NCBI GenBank assembly: GCA_964016885.1
Contig: OZ024740.1
Coordinates: 105,834,001 to 105,898,000, forward strand
Length of the DNA: 64,000 nucleotides
Source of the DNA: Eledone cirrhosa
Lineage: Eukaryota
Direction: 5' to 3'
Shown: positions 39,771 through 52,900 of the stretch, piece by piece
Layout: the number at the start of each line of letters is the position of its first letter
How positions within the stretch are numbered: the first letter of the stretch is position 1
The notes under the pieces: generated by a model
Databases searched by the model: none
Seen by the model: only the letters and a program-made list of their open reading frames with translations
Told to the model about the DNA's origin: nothing
Translations under genes and position numbers: made by a program

Positions 39771-42652
39771 AAACAATAATGTTTTGGAAATTATGAGCTA
39801 TATTGAGGATATAAACAATAAAACTTCATAATTTCAGCTTTTAATATGCTGGAATTTTCTACTAATTAATTGTATGATTAATTATTTAATTAACTAACAA
39901 TATATTGTACAATTAATTATACATTAGTTAAACTTTGCCTCTCTTTTTAACTAATTCAGTATTTCGTTTATATAGTGACAATGTGTATAGTTTTGTGTGT
40001 GTATGTGTTTCTTCATGTGTGTAGACGCGTGTGTTAATGTGTGCGGATGTATGCATTTGTGTGTGGATGCGCGTGTGTTCGTTGTGTGGTTGCATGTGTC
40101 TATGTGTGTGTAGATGTGTGTGTGTGTTAGTGTGTGTGGATGTGGGTGTATTTGTGTTTGTGTGCATGTGTTTTATATTGACTATTTAATATTTAGTCAA
40201 TGATTGATGAAGATGTTCGTAACATTTTATTTATTTGTTGAAAGTTGAAACTTCAGTTTTATGTCTCCTTTAGTGAATCCTCTAAAGTCAAAAGAATGTG
40301 TGCGTGTGTGTGGGTGGGTGTGGGTGTGTGGGTGTGGGTGCGCGCGCGCGTGTGTGTGTGTGTGAGTGAGTGTGTGCGTGTGTGTGTGTGCGTGTATGTG
40401 TGTAGATAGATAGTTAGGTGTGGACGGGTTAGTTGCTACTGTCCCCTTTTTTCTGTCTCGAAAGGTATTTTACATGATTTTATAAAATTATTGTTACATT
40501 ATTTATAGTGATCGACTGATTTTAGTTATTATCTGCGTTTCTATTCCCACATTTCAATTTTCAAATCATCCATATAACTTTATATTTTTGCATCCCTGTG
40601 TTTTTATGAACTCCCCCCCCCCTCTCTCTCTCTCTCTCTTTATATATATATAGAGAGAGAGATATATATATATATTTCGTTGACAAATATATCAATATGC
40701 CCATACATGCAGATATATTGCCCTTGGTATGACAGTGTGGTTTTAGCTCAATGTAGGATAACTAGTATACTACAGAGCCGTTATAATTATAGGAATAACC
40801 AAAGAATACTTAGAAATACATTGTTTTATTAGCTAACAGTGTTTAATCCATACACCCTGGCAGGGATCATCAGAGCCTATAAACATGAGTATATATCAGT
40901 AGTTGCATGCTCTATCGAGCTGCGTCACAAGAACAAGGTTAAAGGACCAGCAGGGGGGTCCCGAGGCCAGCGCTTTATGGAAAAATGTCTTAAAAATTTA
41001 AAAATGAAAAATGAAAAATTACACCAAAAATTTATCACTTAAATGGTGCAATAGATGATAAAGAGGTTGGGAGAGGGTAGCAAGGGAAGAGTGAGGGTAT
41101 TACTCAGCATGATCAGAAACAATAAGAAAATAATAAAAAAATAATAAAAAAGTGCAAAAGTACAGGGATAATAAAAGAGATAAATATAAAGATACAAAAC
41201 AATAAAGGAACAAAAAGCCCGGAGACCCCAAAGAAATATAAGACAAAGCAAAGCATAGATGCATCAAAGCACCAGCAATGCAAAATGAGAGTGTAAAGGC
41301 AGATCAAGAGAGTTTGAAGCATGAGTCTGAGAAAATAATAGTTGGTTAGCATTGGTGTAGCCTTACATGTATGATAATCCATATGAGGGATGGTGTACTC
41401 CAATTATATCGCCTTGTAACAGGTCGATTCTCCTTATCATATCCGCGCCCTACTAACCACTGGTATATAATAAAGCACTATAATAAAGCACTAGCAAAGA
41501 CGGGTTTTAGAGAAAAAATATACTACATACATAATAACGCCCAAACCACCAGGGCCGGACAATATAATGTAATCACACACAATATGGTTTTGCCTAATAG
41601 AAGCGGACACAAAAATAGGAACTACACGGGTACTGTAGGCGGCCCTGACCAACCCCAAGGGACTCCATTTAACACGCCTCACGGTATGGCAATAACACTA
41701 ACACTAGGATAAAAGCTAGAAAATTGAAGTGCATCAGGAAAGACAGGGAAGCCTATGAATCCCTCCGGGTAAGTGTACCACCCCAGTTTCTCTCTACCAC
41801 GGAAGATGGGTTGTCTATGCCCAGGGCCAACTCTTCCCCTAGTACAAAAAATAAGGAAAGTAGACGAAGATCCAATTCCTACTTTAATCCACCTTACAAC
41901 TCGGAGGTATCAACCAATATAAAGAAAGGCATTCTTCTCGATCTTGGACGCCCCCCCCCCCCCCCCCGGAAGTAAATACCATAGTAATCATCAATAAAAA
42001 TACAATTAAGCTATCATTCTCCACTACTCCAAATCTAGCTCGTCACCTAGCCATAACGAACAACAAAAACATTAGAGGGTTTCGATACCATTGCAGCTGC
42101 GGCACACCGGCAACTACTAGATGGACCTGATGCGGAGTCACCCACCAATACTATCCACACATCCGATGTACGGTTGCCAAATCTGGAATGCACGGAAAAC
42201 CAAACATCTCCTGTGCCGCAGACTCACATACACCGAAAATGTAACTGCAGACGAAAGGCGGAGTGCCCCTAAAGGGACAATGCCTTATAAACAATATTGT
42301 CTACGCATGTGATGTTACTACTCGGACCTCCTCCAAAACATATATAGGGTCTACATCGACCCCCTTTAAGACTAGATACAACTCCCATCGCTATACATTT
42401 AGACATGATAGACTTAAGAATACCACATCCCTAGCTAGTTACATATCCCTCCTGAAGAACATTGATATTCAATACACGCTTGATTGGAGAATCATCACTA
42501 AATCATCGCAGTACAGACCCCCTATCAAGACCTGTGACCTTTGTCTCTCTGAATCACACGCCATAATACACTCCAAACTGAACCTGCTAAATAGGAAGTC
42601 GGAGATATTCTCTTCTTGCCCGCACATAAATCTTAGCTCCTTCTATTATTTT

Positions 42653-42841
42653 AGGGTGGTGAATTGGCAGTATCGGTAGAGGGTCGGACGCCATGCTTTG
42701 CAGCACGGTTACGTCCCTTTACGGACTCAGTTCAAATCCCGCCGAGGTTAACTTTGCCTTTCATCCTTACGGGGTCGATAAAATAAAGTACCAATAATGC
42801 ACTGGGTAATTGCTGGCCTTGTGCCAAAAGTAGAAACAATT
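42653..42841 (+). mobile_element. SINE inserted at the end of the PLE GIY-YIG ORF
   Basis: Family match; TTATTTTAG duplicated. Confidence 0.9.
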
Positions 42842-44810
42842 ATTTTAGACCAATTAGCTACCGCTGTAGGACCTGCATACATCCGTCCTGTCTGGCCTAC
42901 GTAAAACCACGTCGCACTGCATCCTGGTTCCTTTGTGACGTTAACTGCCCTTCAGGTGCATATAGACTACTCTAATACCTCTTCTCTTCTCCCCCCTATC
43001 TTACTTTTCTTCCTCTCTTCCCTGGTTCATCTTATTGGACCACAAGCCAAGTACCCTGAGGTAGTACCTACTTAAGGCTTTTCACTATACCTAGCACAGC
43101 TTGACCCTATATAGGCGCATACCCACACTAACCATGTTAGTATGGTTTATAAACACACCCATTGTGCGCTAACTGATAGCACAGAACAATAGTCTGTCGA
43201 AAGCCCAGAAAACCCCGCCGCAGCCATAAAGCGGCTGAATTGGGCACCCAGGGTCTAGTTAACCTTAACCCTAAAGTGTGTAATAGATCTAACCTAGTAT
43301 AGTGAACTATGGTAGAAAATCGTGTGGGCTGGGTGCCGCTGAATCGACCTAGCCCCAGGAGGAAGGGGAGGTTGATCGCCGAGGGCTTCGAATCAAACAA
43401 AAGACTCGCCCGTAGCATCCCGTTGGATATCTAATGAATCCGCCCTTTATGACGCGAATTGCCTCCCATACCTTTCATACGTACACTACGACTTCCTGTG
43501 TTTATATTCAGACTACCGTTGTGTCACAAGGCAAAGTGCAGTACTGGATATTGAACTCCCGCCGACCCAGGAGGGGTCACACCCGACTGTGAATGGATTG
43601 CAACCTCTGGAGTCAATAATCTAAACGAAAACCACGTAGCGGAAATATAAATAACATAGCTGTCATTGACAGGTTTAGTTGTGAGTTCTCCCTTCTATAT
43701 ATATCTATATATCCTACAGAAATATGCACTCACTATAATAAACCCGCCTATTATTATAACAATATATGCTCATTTTGCCATATGTGATTCTGGAAGCGGA
43801 GTTTCCTATATACCTATATACACTTTTTCTCTATATGTAACGGCATAGCCATCACGATTTGTAATTACTGTGGTACAGTTGTATGCGGTACAGTACATTG
43901 GTTGAACGCCAACTTGGACATACAGTGAATTTCACCTGGCACGTTGGATTGAGCGACCGAACGTGAGGATTTTGGGGAATGCCAGTTTCTGCGGACCTGG
44001 CGTGTTTTCAATTTCCTCACATCTGTGCCGGCTGTATATGTATCACACATTTCTTTAACTCGTCGTACTTTATTTTATTTTTTATTTTAGATTTTTGGGT
44101 GTATATCCCAGACCGCCTATGGTGATAAATCCCCTGGGTATAGGTTTTGGAAAAATAGTGTTATCTCACTTAACGTTCGGAACTGGAACATATCGATGTG
44201 GTTAGTAGGGCGCGGATATGATAAGGAGAATCGACCTGTTACAGGCGATATAATTGGAGTACACCATCCCTCATATGGACTATCATACATGTAAGGCTGC
44301 ACCAATGCTAACCAACTATTCTTCTCACAGACTCATGCTTCAAACTCTCTTGATCTGCCTTTACACCCTCTTTTTGCACTACTGGTGCTTTGATGCATCT
44401 ATGCTTTGCTTTGTCTTATATTTCTTTGGGGTCTCCGGGCTTTTTGTTCCTTTATTGTTTTGTATCTTTATATTTATCTCTTTTATTATCCCTGTATTTT
44501 TGCACTTTTTTATTATTTTTTTTATTATTTTCTTATTGTTTCTGATCATGCTGAGTAATACTCTCACTCTTCCCTTGCTACCCTCTCCCAACCTCTTTAT
44601 CATCTATTGCACCATTTAAGTGATACATTTTTGGTGTAATTTTTCATTTTTAATTTTTTAATTTTTAAGACATTTTATGACATTATGTGCATCATGTATT
44701 CTGCCTTTTTCCATATAGCGCTGGCCTTGGGGCCCCCTGCTGGTCCTTTAACCTTGTTCTCGTGACGCAGCTCGATGGAGCATGCAACTACTGATATACT
44801 CATATTTATA

Positions 44811-44857
44811 GGCTCTGATGATTCCTGCCATGGTGTATGGATGAACCACTGTTAGCT
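44811..44857 (+). ncRNA. Hammerhead in the PLE terminal repeat; second copy at 40831-40877 (-)
   Basis: GGCU-CUGAUGA-stem II UCC/GGA-U-GAAC (UAAA in the other arm)-CACUG-UU-AGCU; the consensus of the two arms restores GAAA. Confidence 0.7.
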
Positions 44858-44898
44858 AATAAAACAATGTATTTCTAAGTACTCTTTGGTTATTCCTA

Positions 44899-44956
<58 letters not shown>

Positions 44957-44957
<1 letters not shown>

Positions 44958-45937
44958 CTATATATATATAAATGCAAGTTTACGATTCTGTGTGTCCGCC
45001 TAAATCTAGCAAACTACCGGACCAAACTCCTCATAGTTACATATAAATATTCACCATACACTTGGACAGGTAACGGTCGAAAAAGTTTTACTTTGCAAAG
45101 CAAGGAATTCATTTAAATTCAATTTATCTTATTTTCTAATGAATATAAAAAGAGATCATCCATTTTGTTTTTTATGTCCTCCAGTCTGTAGATAAGAGAG
45201 TGAGGGATGGAAGAGAGAAAGAGAGAGAGTAAGTGATCAGAGAGAAAGAGAGAGAGTGGGAGATGGGAGAGAGAGTAAGGGATGAGAGAGAAAGAGAGAG
45301 AGAGTGGATTGGAGAGAGAGAGTAAGGGGATGTGAGAGAGAAAGAAAGAGAGTAAGGGATGAGAGAGAGAGAGTGGGAGATGGGCGAGTGAGAGTAAGGG
45401 GATGTGAGAGAGAAAGAAAGAGAGTAAGGGGATGATAGAGAAAGACGATGAAAGAGAGAGAGAGGGAAAGTAACCAGCGTTCTTAACTTTTATTTATTTA
45501 TTATTTTTACACACTTTTTAACTCTCCCGCTTCCTTAACGATATTTATCTTTTCTTTATTTTTTGTTCTCTATTCCGTAGAGAGAGGGGGTATGTGAGAG
45601 AGAAATAAAAGAGCGAGAGAGTAATGAGATGGGAGAGAGAGAGAGGGAAAGTGGCTAGCGTTCATTAACTTTTATTTATTTATTATTTTTACACTCTTCT
45701 TAACTCTCCCAATGTTATTTATCTTTTATTTATTTTTTGTTTGCTATTGTGTAGAGGATAAGTGAGAGAAAGAAAGAGAGGAGATGAGAAAGAGAAAAGG
45801 AGTGAGGCGGATGGGGAGAGAAAGACAATAAGAAAAGAGAAAAGATGGGAGAGAGAAAAAAGGTAAAGAGGCAGGAGAGAGGGAGGGTGATTGGAGGGAT
45901 TCTTTAACTAACGGGTGTCCGCGTATATATATACTAG
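44957..45937 (+). mobile_element. Non-autonomous Helitron with internal GA-rich repeats
   Basis: A|TCTATATATATATAAA 5' end; 3' GC palindrome CGGGTGTCCGCG followed by CTAG. Confidence 0.65.
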
Positions 45938-46888
45938 ACATGAAAAATGCGCAAGCTCAAAAGTGCCACAGAATGTTATAATAAACCTTCAAAAGTGTGG
46001 GACTAGAGTTGTTGCTAAAAAATATTGTAATCATTATATATCGTACATTCTGTGGCATCCTTTATAAAAATAGCTTAAACCAACGAAGCCTTTATTTTTA
46101 CGCTATTTCACTTAGTTAATTCTTAGAGTGTAACATATAAAAATATGATTTACAACTATAAAATAAATTAATTAATATAATAACAGAGCTGCGGAGCTGA
46201 AATTTAGGAAATAATGGAGTATCGGATCTTGAGTTGGAGCCAGTCAATTTTTGGCCGACTCCGCAGCCCTGTATAATACATTTCATATTAAAGTTATTAA
46301 TAAACCTATTTTACACTTCATGCAAATTACCACGAGATATTGATATTAGATATAAGATACAGCGCAATATCTACAGCTGTAAAAGTACGAAAGCGAAGTA
46401 ATAATAAGTGGCTTAAGGTAATTCCAATATGAAAGTTTGTAGTGATAAAAATTTGATAATGCAATACGATTGTTAATATTATAGTTCTATGAAAATGTAA
46501 CAATAGATAACTAAATTATTTTACTATTAGTATATTTAAGAAATTATCATTATAGATTTGATCGTTCATATAAGCATCATATTAAGTTTCAACACAATTA
46601 TTTTGTTACTATGAGTATATGATAATAATATTACGTAATTATTTATAGCTGTTATTACATTAAACATAGATGTATTTATTTTTATATGTTACACTCTAAG
46701 AATTAACTAAGTGAAATAGCGTAAAAATAAAGGCTTCGTTGGTTTAAGCTATTTTTATAAAGGATGCCACAGAATGTACGATATATAATGATTACAATAT
46801 TTTTTAGCAACAACTCTAGTCCCACACTTTTGAAGGTTTATTATAACATTCTGTGGCACTTTTGAGCTTGCGCATTTTTCATGTCTAG
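45934..46888. mobile_element. CTAG-bounded element with 212-bp apparently perfect inverted repeats
   Basis: 45934-46145 versus 46677-46888. Confidence 0.85.
46184..46271. mobile_element. Small hAT-like MITE
   Basis: TIR CAGAGCTGCGGAG / CTCCGCAGCCCTG; 8-bp flanks TATAATAA and TATAATAC. Confidence 0.65.
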
Positions 46889-47439
46889 TTTAATATTTTT
46901 TTAAGGCAACGCTTGTAATAACTCTAGTTAAACAGGATATATATTAATAATAAATTATCGTTGTAATGTAATTAGATTATGTAATTGTTATTATAAATTA
47001 TCTTATAAATATTAGTGTAAGATGTATAAAAATATTTTCAGACTTTTAATATAAACAACTACAAAAAACAATCAATATTAAATCAATATATTATACATAA
47101 TAGAAAACATAAAATATACAATACAAAAACAAAATATTTACATACAATTGCAATTATCAGTGTATATACATTTTCTTTATATTCCCTGAGCAAATTAATA
47201 AGATTTGTTTTTATTGTACATAATTTGATGACTTGTTGGAGTGTATTAAAAGATAGCAACAATTTGTGATTAAATTGTTATCTTAAGCAACTCACTTTTT
47301 AATAGTTGTTGGCTGAGCGAAATTGTAAAAGCCTATGAGCAAATATAAAAAAAAATACACAAACAACATTTCCTTGTGTTATTACAACATTAGATAAAAT
47401 AATTGAGCAATGTCGTTATATTTTGCTCTTATTGCACAT

Positions 47440-47610
47440 TAATAGTGTTTCTATTTTTCGGCACAAATCCATTACGGCAGTCCATTACTGGTACTTTATT
47501 TTATCGAATTAGTAAGTATGAAAGTCGAAGTTAACCTCGGCAGGATTTGAACTTAGAATGCAAAGGACCATAACAATACTGCAAAGCATGGTGTCTGACG
47601 CTCTACCAAT
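47440..47610 (-). mobile_element. Diverged SINE copy; a further fragment lies at 48448-48500
   Basis: Family match. Confidence 0.8.
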
Positions 47611-48003
47611 ACTTGTGTTGAGCTGGTCATTAATTTATGGTGGTCGTGCGTGGAGTAGAGCAATCGCTAGTTGAAATATTATGAACAAAACATTTTTATT
47701 TGCCGAAGAACATATTTTCAATACTGTTTGTGAATGTGACGAAGGAAATACATTCTGATATGGAACAGTGTACAAAGTGTGTCTGTGAATAACATAATGT
47801 TACCTCATGTTGTTGTCAAGACATAATGGATTTCGTATATCCAGTTAGAAGATGAAACCTAGCCATCTCGGATTAGTTATATTTCATGCCATGTGTAAAC
47901 GTGTTTGAGGATAGCAAAATATGCGCGTTAATTATAATAATTAGTTAATAATATTACAAAATATACCTAATTAAACTCTTTGCTTGAAATTTTATCATTC
48001 TTC

Positions 48004-48074
<71 letters not shown>

Positions 48075-49896
48075 GAGAGAGAGAGAGATGTATCTAGTCC
48101 TTCGCTCAAGATTAATCTATAAGTTTAGATGTTTGCCTTCGTTTAAGTAAATATTACAGTAAGATTTTTAATATAAACAACTACAAAAAACAATTAATAT
48201 TAAAACGAAAAAATTATCAATGATAAAAGAAGCGGATGCAACTTTTTTTTTTATAAAGTTATATTCCTGTTTCTTTAAAGAACATTTCATTTTTGTTCTA
48301 TTGTAGGCGAAATAATGCAATGGTTTAATAGGGAAGATATAACTTACGAATTATGTCTCTAACCGTGTAACGCTTTTTAAGTAGATAACTACAATTGAAA
48401 ATACTAAAGAAATGGAACCAACAATTCAATTTGAAAGTCGTCTAGTGACAGTGTATTACTGGTACTTTATTTTATCGACCCCGTAACGATGAAAGGCAAA
48501 TGCTTAAAATTTAAATTGCCTTAATTCTATCGTCTGCTGTTTCATTAAAGGGAGATTATCGTCTGTATTTAATTCTATCGTCTACTGTTCCACTAAACAG
48601 ATATACCTCCACTATCGTCTCTATTTATACATTTTAACTTATAACTTATACACATTTGATTTGAAATATTTTATCTAGCCCCCCCCCCCCCCCCCCCTCT
48701 CAATATTATGATGATTTCTTTCGAATGAAACAGTTCTAGTCCTGTAGAAGCCATTTATATATATAATTGAACTGAGTTAAAAATTCACAATATTTATAAT
48801 TAAATAAGCTCATATATATATGTGTGTATTTATCTGTTTATTGTATTATATATAATGTGTGTATATACAGGATGTCCCCCAAAAATATACACACACTTCA
48901 ACAGCATTCTAATAACTATTGCCTGTACAGGTAATCAAAGTGTCAATCGAATGTTAGTTTCGTGTTTTAACAGTACAAATTTACAATACACACATAAAAC
49001 CAGTGTATATACATACATGAGTGTGTATACACATACATGAATGTGTATATACAATATATATGTATATATATATAGACACATATATTCACGGTGCAACGGT
49101 ACATTAAAATATAGATGCGGGAGAGGGGGGGTGTATATATAGGGGCGCTGGGGATAAAGGAGTGTAAAGCGTGTGTAATTGATATATTGAAGGAGAGGAG
49201 CGTGCAGCGATAGAGTAACAAATATATAGAGAGGGGGAGAGATGGTATTGAAGGGGAGGAGTGCAAAGCGAAAGAGTAAGAGATATATATAGAGACGGAA
49301 CAGATAGAGAGAAACAGGCGTAAGTAACAGTGGAAGAGATATAGAGAGAGGTACTCTGATTGGTTGAAAATTAGCCAATGACATACGATCACCACCACCA
49401 CGGCTATCCCCGAAAAATGTTTAAAGAAGCTAGGCATATATGTTAGAACACGAAAAGTGAACATTCTGTTGTTTCACACTTTTCGTGTTCTAACAGATAT
49501 ATTTACACACATATGTGTGTTATGGCGGCGGGGGGGGGGGCGTTCTTTAGTAGACGATATATGTTACCATCAAAGCTTATTTTCTACATATGTCTAAAGA
49601 AATCACAGATGCTTTTATAGAAGTTGTATATAACAGACAAAAAAAAAAACGGCATTTTTAAAAGATATTATTTGAATATATTATTTTCCGCTGTTATTTG
49701 AATTAACACAGAAAATATTGTTTTTGTAGTGTCTGTCGTTTTTTGGGATACAATCTGAAATCCCAATATTTTCTACATATGTCTAAAATTAATTACACCT
49801 AATATACATTCATATAAAGAGATAATTTAAAACAACTTTACTGAGTGAACAATACATTCTATAGTTGTTTCTATTTCGGAAAGAGTGTGGTGTGTA

Positions 49897-49965
49897 ATAA
49901 TTGTTTCTACTTTTGGCACAAGGCCAGCAATTATTCCAGTGCATTACTGGTACTTTATTTTATCG
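49897..49965 (-). mobile_element. 5'-truncated SINE with 17-bp TSD
   Basis: GTGTGGTGTGTAATAAT on both sides. Confidence 0.9.
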
Positions 49966-49991
49966 TGTGGTGTGTAATAATATCACTTCAA

Positions 49992-52900
49992 ATGCCTAGA
50001 AAACGTTCCAGATCATTATATGGAAGGTCATCTTCAGGGGTTAAGAGAAAGAAAACATGCCCGTCTAGCTGCTAACAGAGCCCAAACAGCTTTAGCACGA
50101 GCACACTGTTTGGATGAAAGGGAACAAAGGACTGCTGCTACACGAGAACAACAAATCAAGGAACAGCAGCAAATCAGACGAAATGATAATCAATCACATC
50201 GTTCTACTGCCCGAGCAGGAGAACAAGCCACAAGTAAAATGAACTGGCTGATGGGTGCTTTTTCTTATGACTCCCAAAAGGACTACAGCAGTAATCCACA
50301 AATCAACATTGGGAAAATTAACAAATGCTGCCAGTATTGTGTTGCCAGGAAGTGGGCAACAGAAACACCAAGTCTATGCTGCTCAAAAGGCAAAGTGAGC
50401 CTTAAAACAATACAAGAACTTCCTGAATTTCTGAAGAATCTGCTCCTTCAGCATACACCAGAATCACGACACTTCAATAAATACAACATAAAATATAATT
50501 CTGCCTTTCAAATGACATCTTTTGGGGCTGACAGGGATGTCACTGACTTTAGATTCTGTACAACTTATAAAATTCAGGGACAGTGTTACCACTTAATGGG
50601 TGGCCTTCTGCCACTTTCACAGGAGCCTCAAATTTGTGCAGGTTTATGGGTGGAGATGAAACAAAGGCACAACAAAGATGTACCAATGTCCATGGTGGAT
50701 TGCAGTTCTACATAGTCATAAAGTTACAAGAAAGGCTTCACCAACGTATCATGTACGTCAGTGTATTTAAATATGCACTGGAGCATATGAACAACACCAG
50801 AGATCGTAAAATCATCATTAGGGCAGATAAACGCCCAGCTTCAGAACATGAACGCAGATTCAATGCACCTGTCACTGATGAAGTTGGAATCATAATGGTT
50901 GATGAACAGCATGAACGACGTGACATTGTTTTGCAAAAACGAAGTGGACATTTGGAGCAAATTTGTGAAACTCATAGAGCCTATGATTCACTCCAATATC
51001 CGCTCATCTTTTGGACTGGTCAATAGGGATATCATTTTCAGCTACGGCATATCAGCCGAGGAACGGGACAAGAAACTGGCCGATCAATCAGCTGCAAAGA
51101 ATTCTATGCTTATCATTTCATGGTACGTGACCACTTCAACCAAGTTCTGCGATTCAAAGAAGTAACCAGCCAGTTCATGGTGGACATGTATGCCAAAATT
51201 GAAACAGAAATATTGGGTTTTCTGCGAAGGAATCAAACTAAGTTGAGGGCAGATAACTACATCCACCTTAGAGATGCCATCAATTCTGATGTTGACCCAA
51301 GAAATATTGGCCAGCCAGTCATACTACCATCAAGCTTCACGGGAGGACCACGTTACATGCATGAACGTACGCAAGATGCAATGGCCTATGTCAGAATGTT
51401 TGGCCGGCCAGATCTCTTCATTACATTTACATGCAATTCAAACTGGTCAGAAATATCAAATGAATTATTTCAAAATCAAAAACCAAAGGATCGACAAAAA
51501 GCAAAAGAAACTCATCTGACTCCTAAAAGAAGGAAGAATCTTTGGTGAGCTTAGTGCTTGGATGACCACTATTAAGTGGCAGAAGAGAGATCTTCCTCAC
51601 TCTCACACACTAATCTGGTGCAAGGAGAAGATAAGACCAGATGATGTTGATAAGATCATTTCAGCAGAGTTGCCCGATAAAGGTGGTGATCCAGAGCTCT
51701 TTGAAACCATCAAGTCCAAACTCATTCATGGTCCATGTGGAGTCATCAATCCAGCCTCTCCCTGCACGAAAGATCAAAAATGCAGCAAACATTATCCTAG
51801 AGCTTTTATTCGGGAATCTCCGACTGACAATAATGGATACCCCCTTTATCGTAGGCGTAGACCAGAACATGGAGGCAATACTGCAAGTTCGAGGAGAGGA
51901 GCTGACCATAAATAATCAGTGGGTCGTCCCACACAACAAATTGTTGTGTAAACTTTTAAAAGCTCATATCAATGTTGAGTATTGCAGCTCCGTCAAGGCA
52001 ATCCTATATGTTACAAAATATATCAACAAGGGCAGTGACATGGCTACCTTTATTACTGACAAAAAACTCATTGATAGTGGGCTGGATGAGGTCAAACGGT
52101 ATCAAACAGGTCGATACATCTCCAGCATTGAAGCTATCTGGCGAATCTTTGGGTTTGATATCCACCAACGCCACCCAACAGTGGTCAACCTCGCAGGCCA
52201 TCTGGAAAATGGACAGAGAGTGTACTTCACTGAGATTACTGCTCATCAGTTGGCACAAGCAATCACATGACACTACACTAACTGCTTTCTTTAAACTCTG
52301 CCAAAATAATGAATTTGCTCGATCCCTCCTATATGCTGAAGTCCCAACATACTTCCCCTGGACCAATTGCAAGACCTGGAATCGAAGAAAGCAGGGTCAT
52401 TTAGTGGAAGGTCATGAAGTCAAGTCAAGTGATGCTATTGGGCGTGTTTACAATGTCCATCCCAACAACAGAGAATGTTTTTATTTACAGCTACTTCTGC
52501 ATAGTGTTCGAGGACCAACGTCATTTGAGGATCTTAGAGGCTTCAGTGGAATGGAGTGCGCAACATACCAAGAAGCATGTAACCAGCATGGACTCCTGCA
52601 TGACAATGGACACTGGAAGAAGTGTCTAGATGAAGCAGCAATCACTCAAGTAGCCAGTCAAATAAGACAATTATTTGCTATTATGCTCACAGCATGTGGA
52701 ATTGATGAAGCTCATCTACTCTGGAAGGAGTACAAAAACAATATGTCGGACGACTATCTACATCTAGCCCGAAGACATCATGGCAATATGTATATGGAAT
52801 ATACCCCCAGGATTTACAATGAAGCTCTCTGTGACCTGTCCCATCGAGATCAGGCAATGAATAGCACATTAGCTAACTACGGGATGCCAGAGCCAGATGA

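Larger units (their letters stand above)
40781..44905 (+). mobile_element. 5'-truncated Penelope-like element with ~700-bp inverted arms and ~2-kb 3' region
   Basis: YFNPPYN..V.TNI, NKNTIKLSFS, NCRRKAECPLKGQC..NIVY...YIGST..FKTRYNSH...CDLCLSE...LNRKSE..SSCPH; arms 40781-41460 and 44198-44905. Confidence 0.9.

Noticed and set aside
43259-43274. TAACCCTAA, a telomerase-template-like sequence inside a PLE
   Set aside because: Only 9 nt, and I could not identify a pseudoknot, CR4/5 or H/ACA domain.
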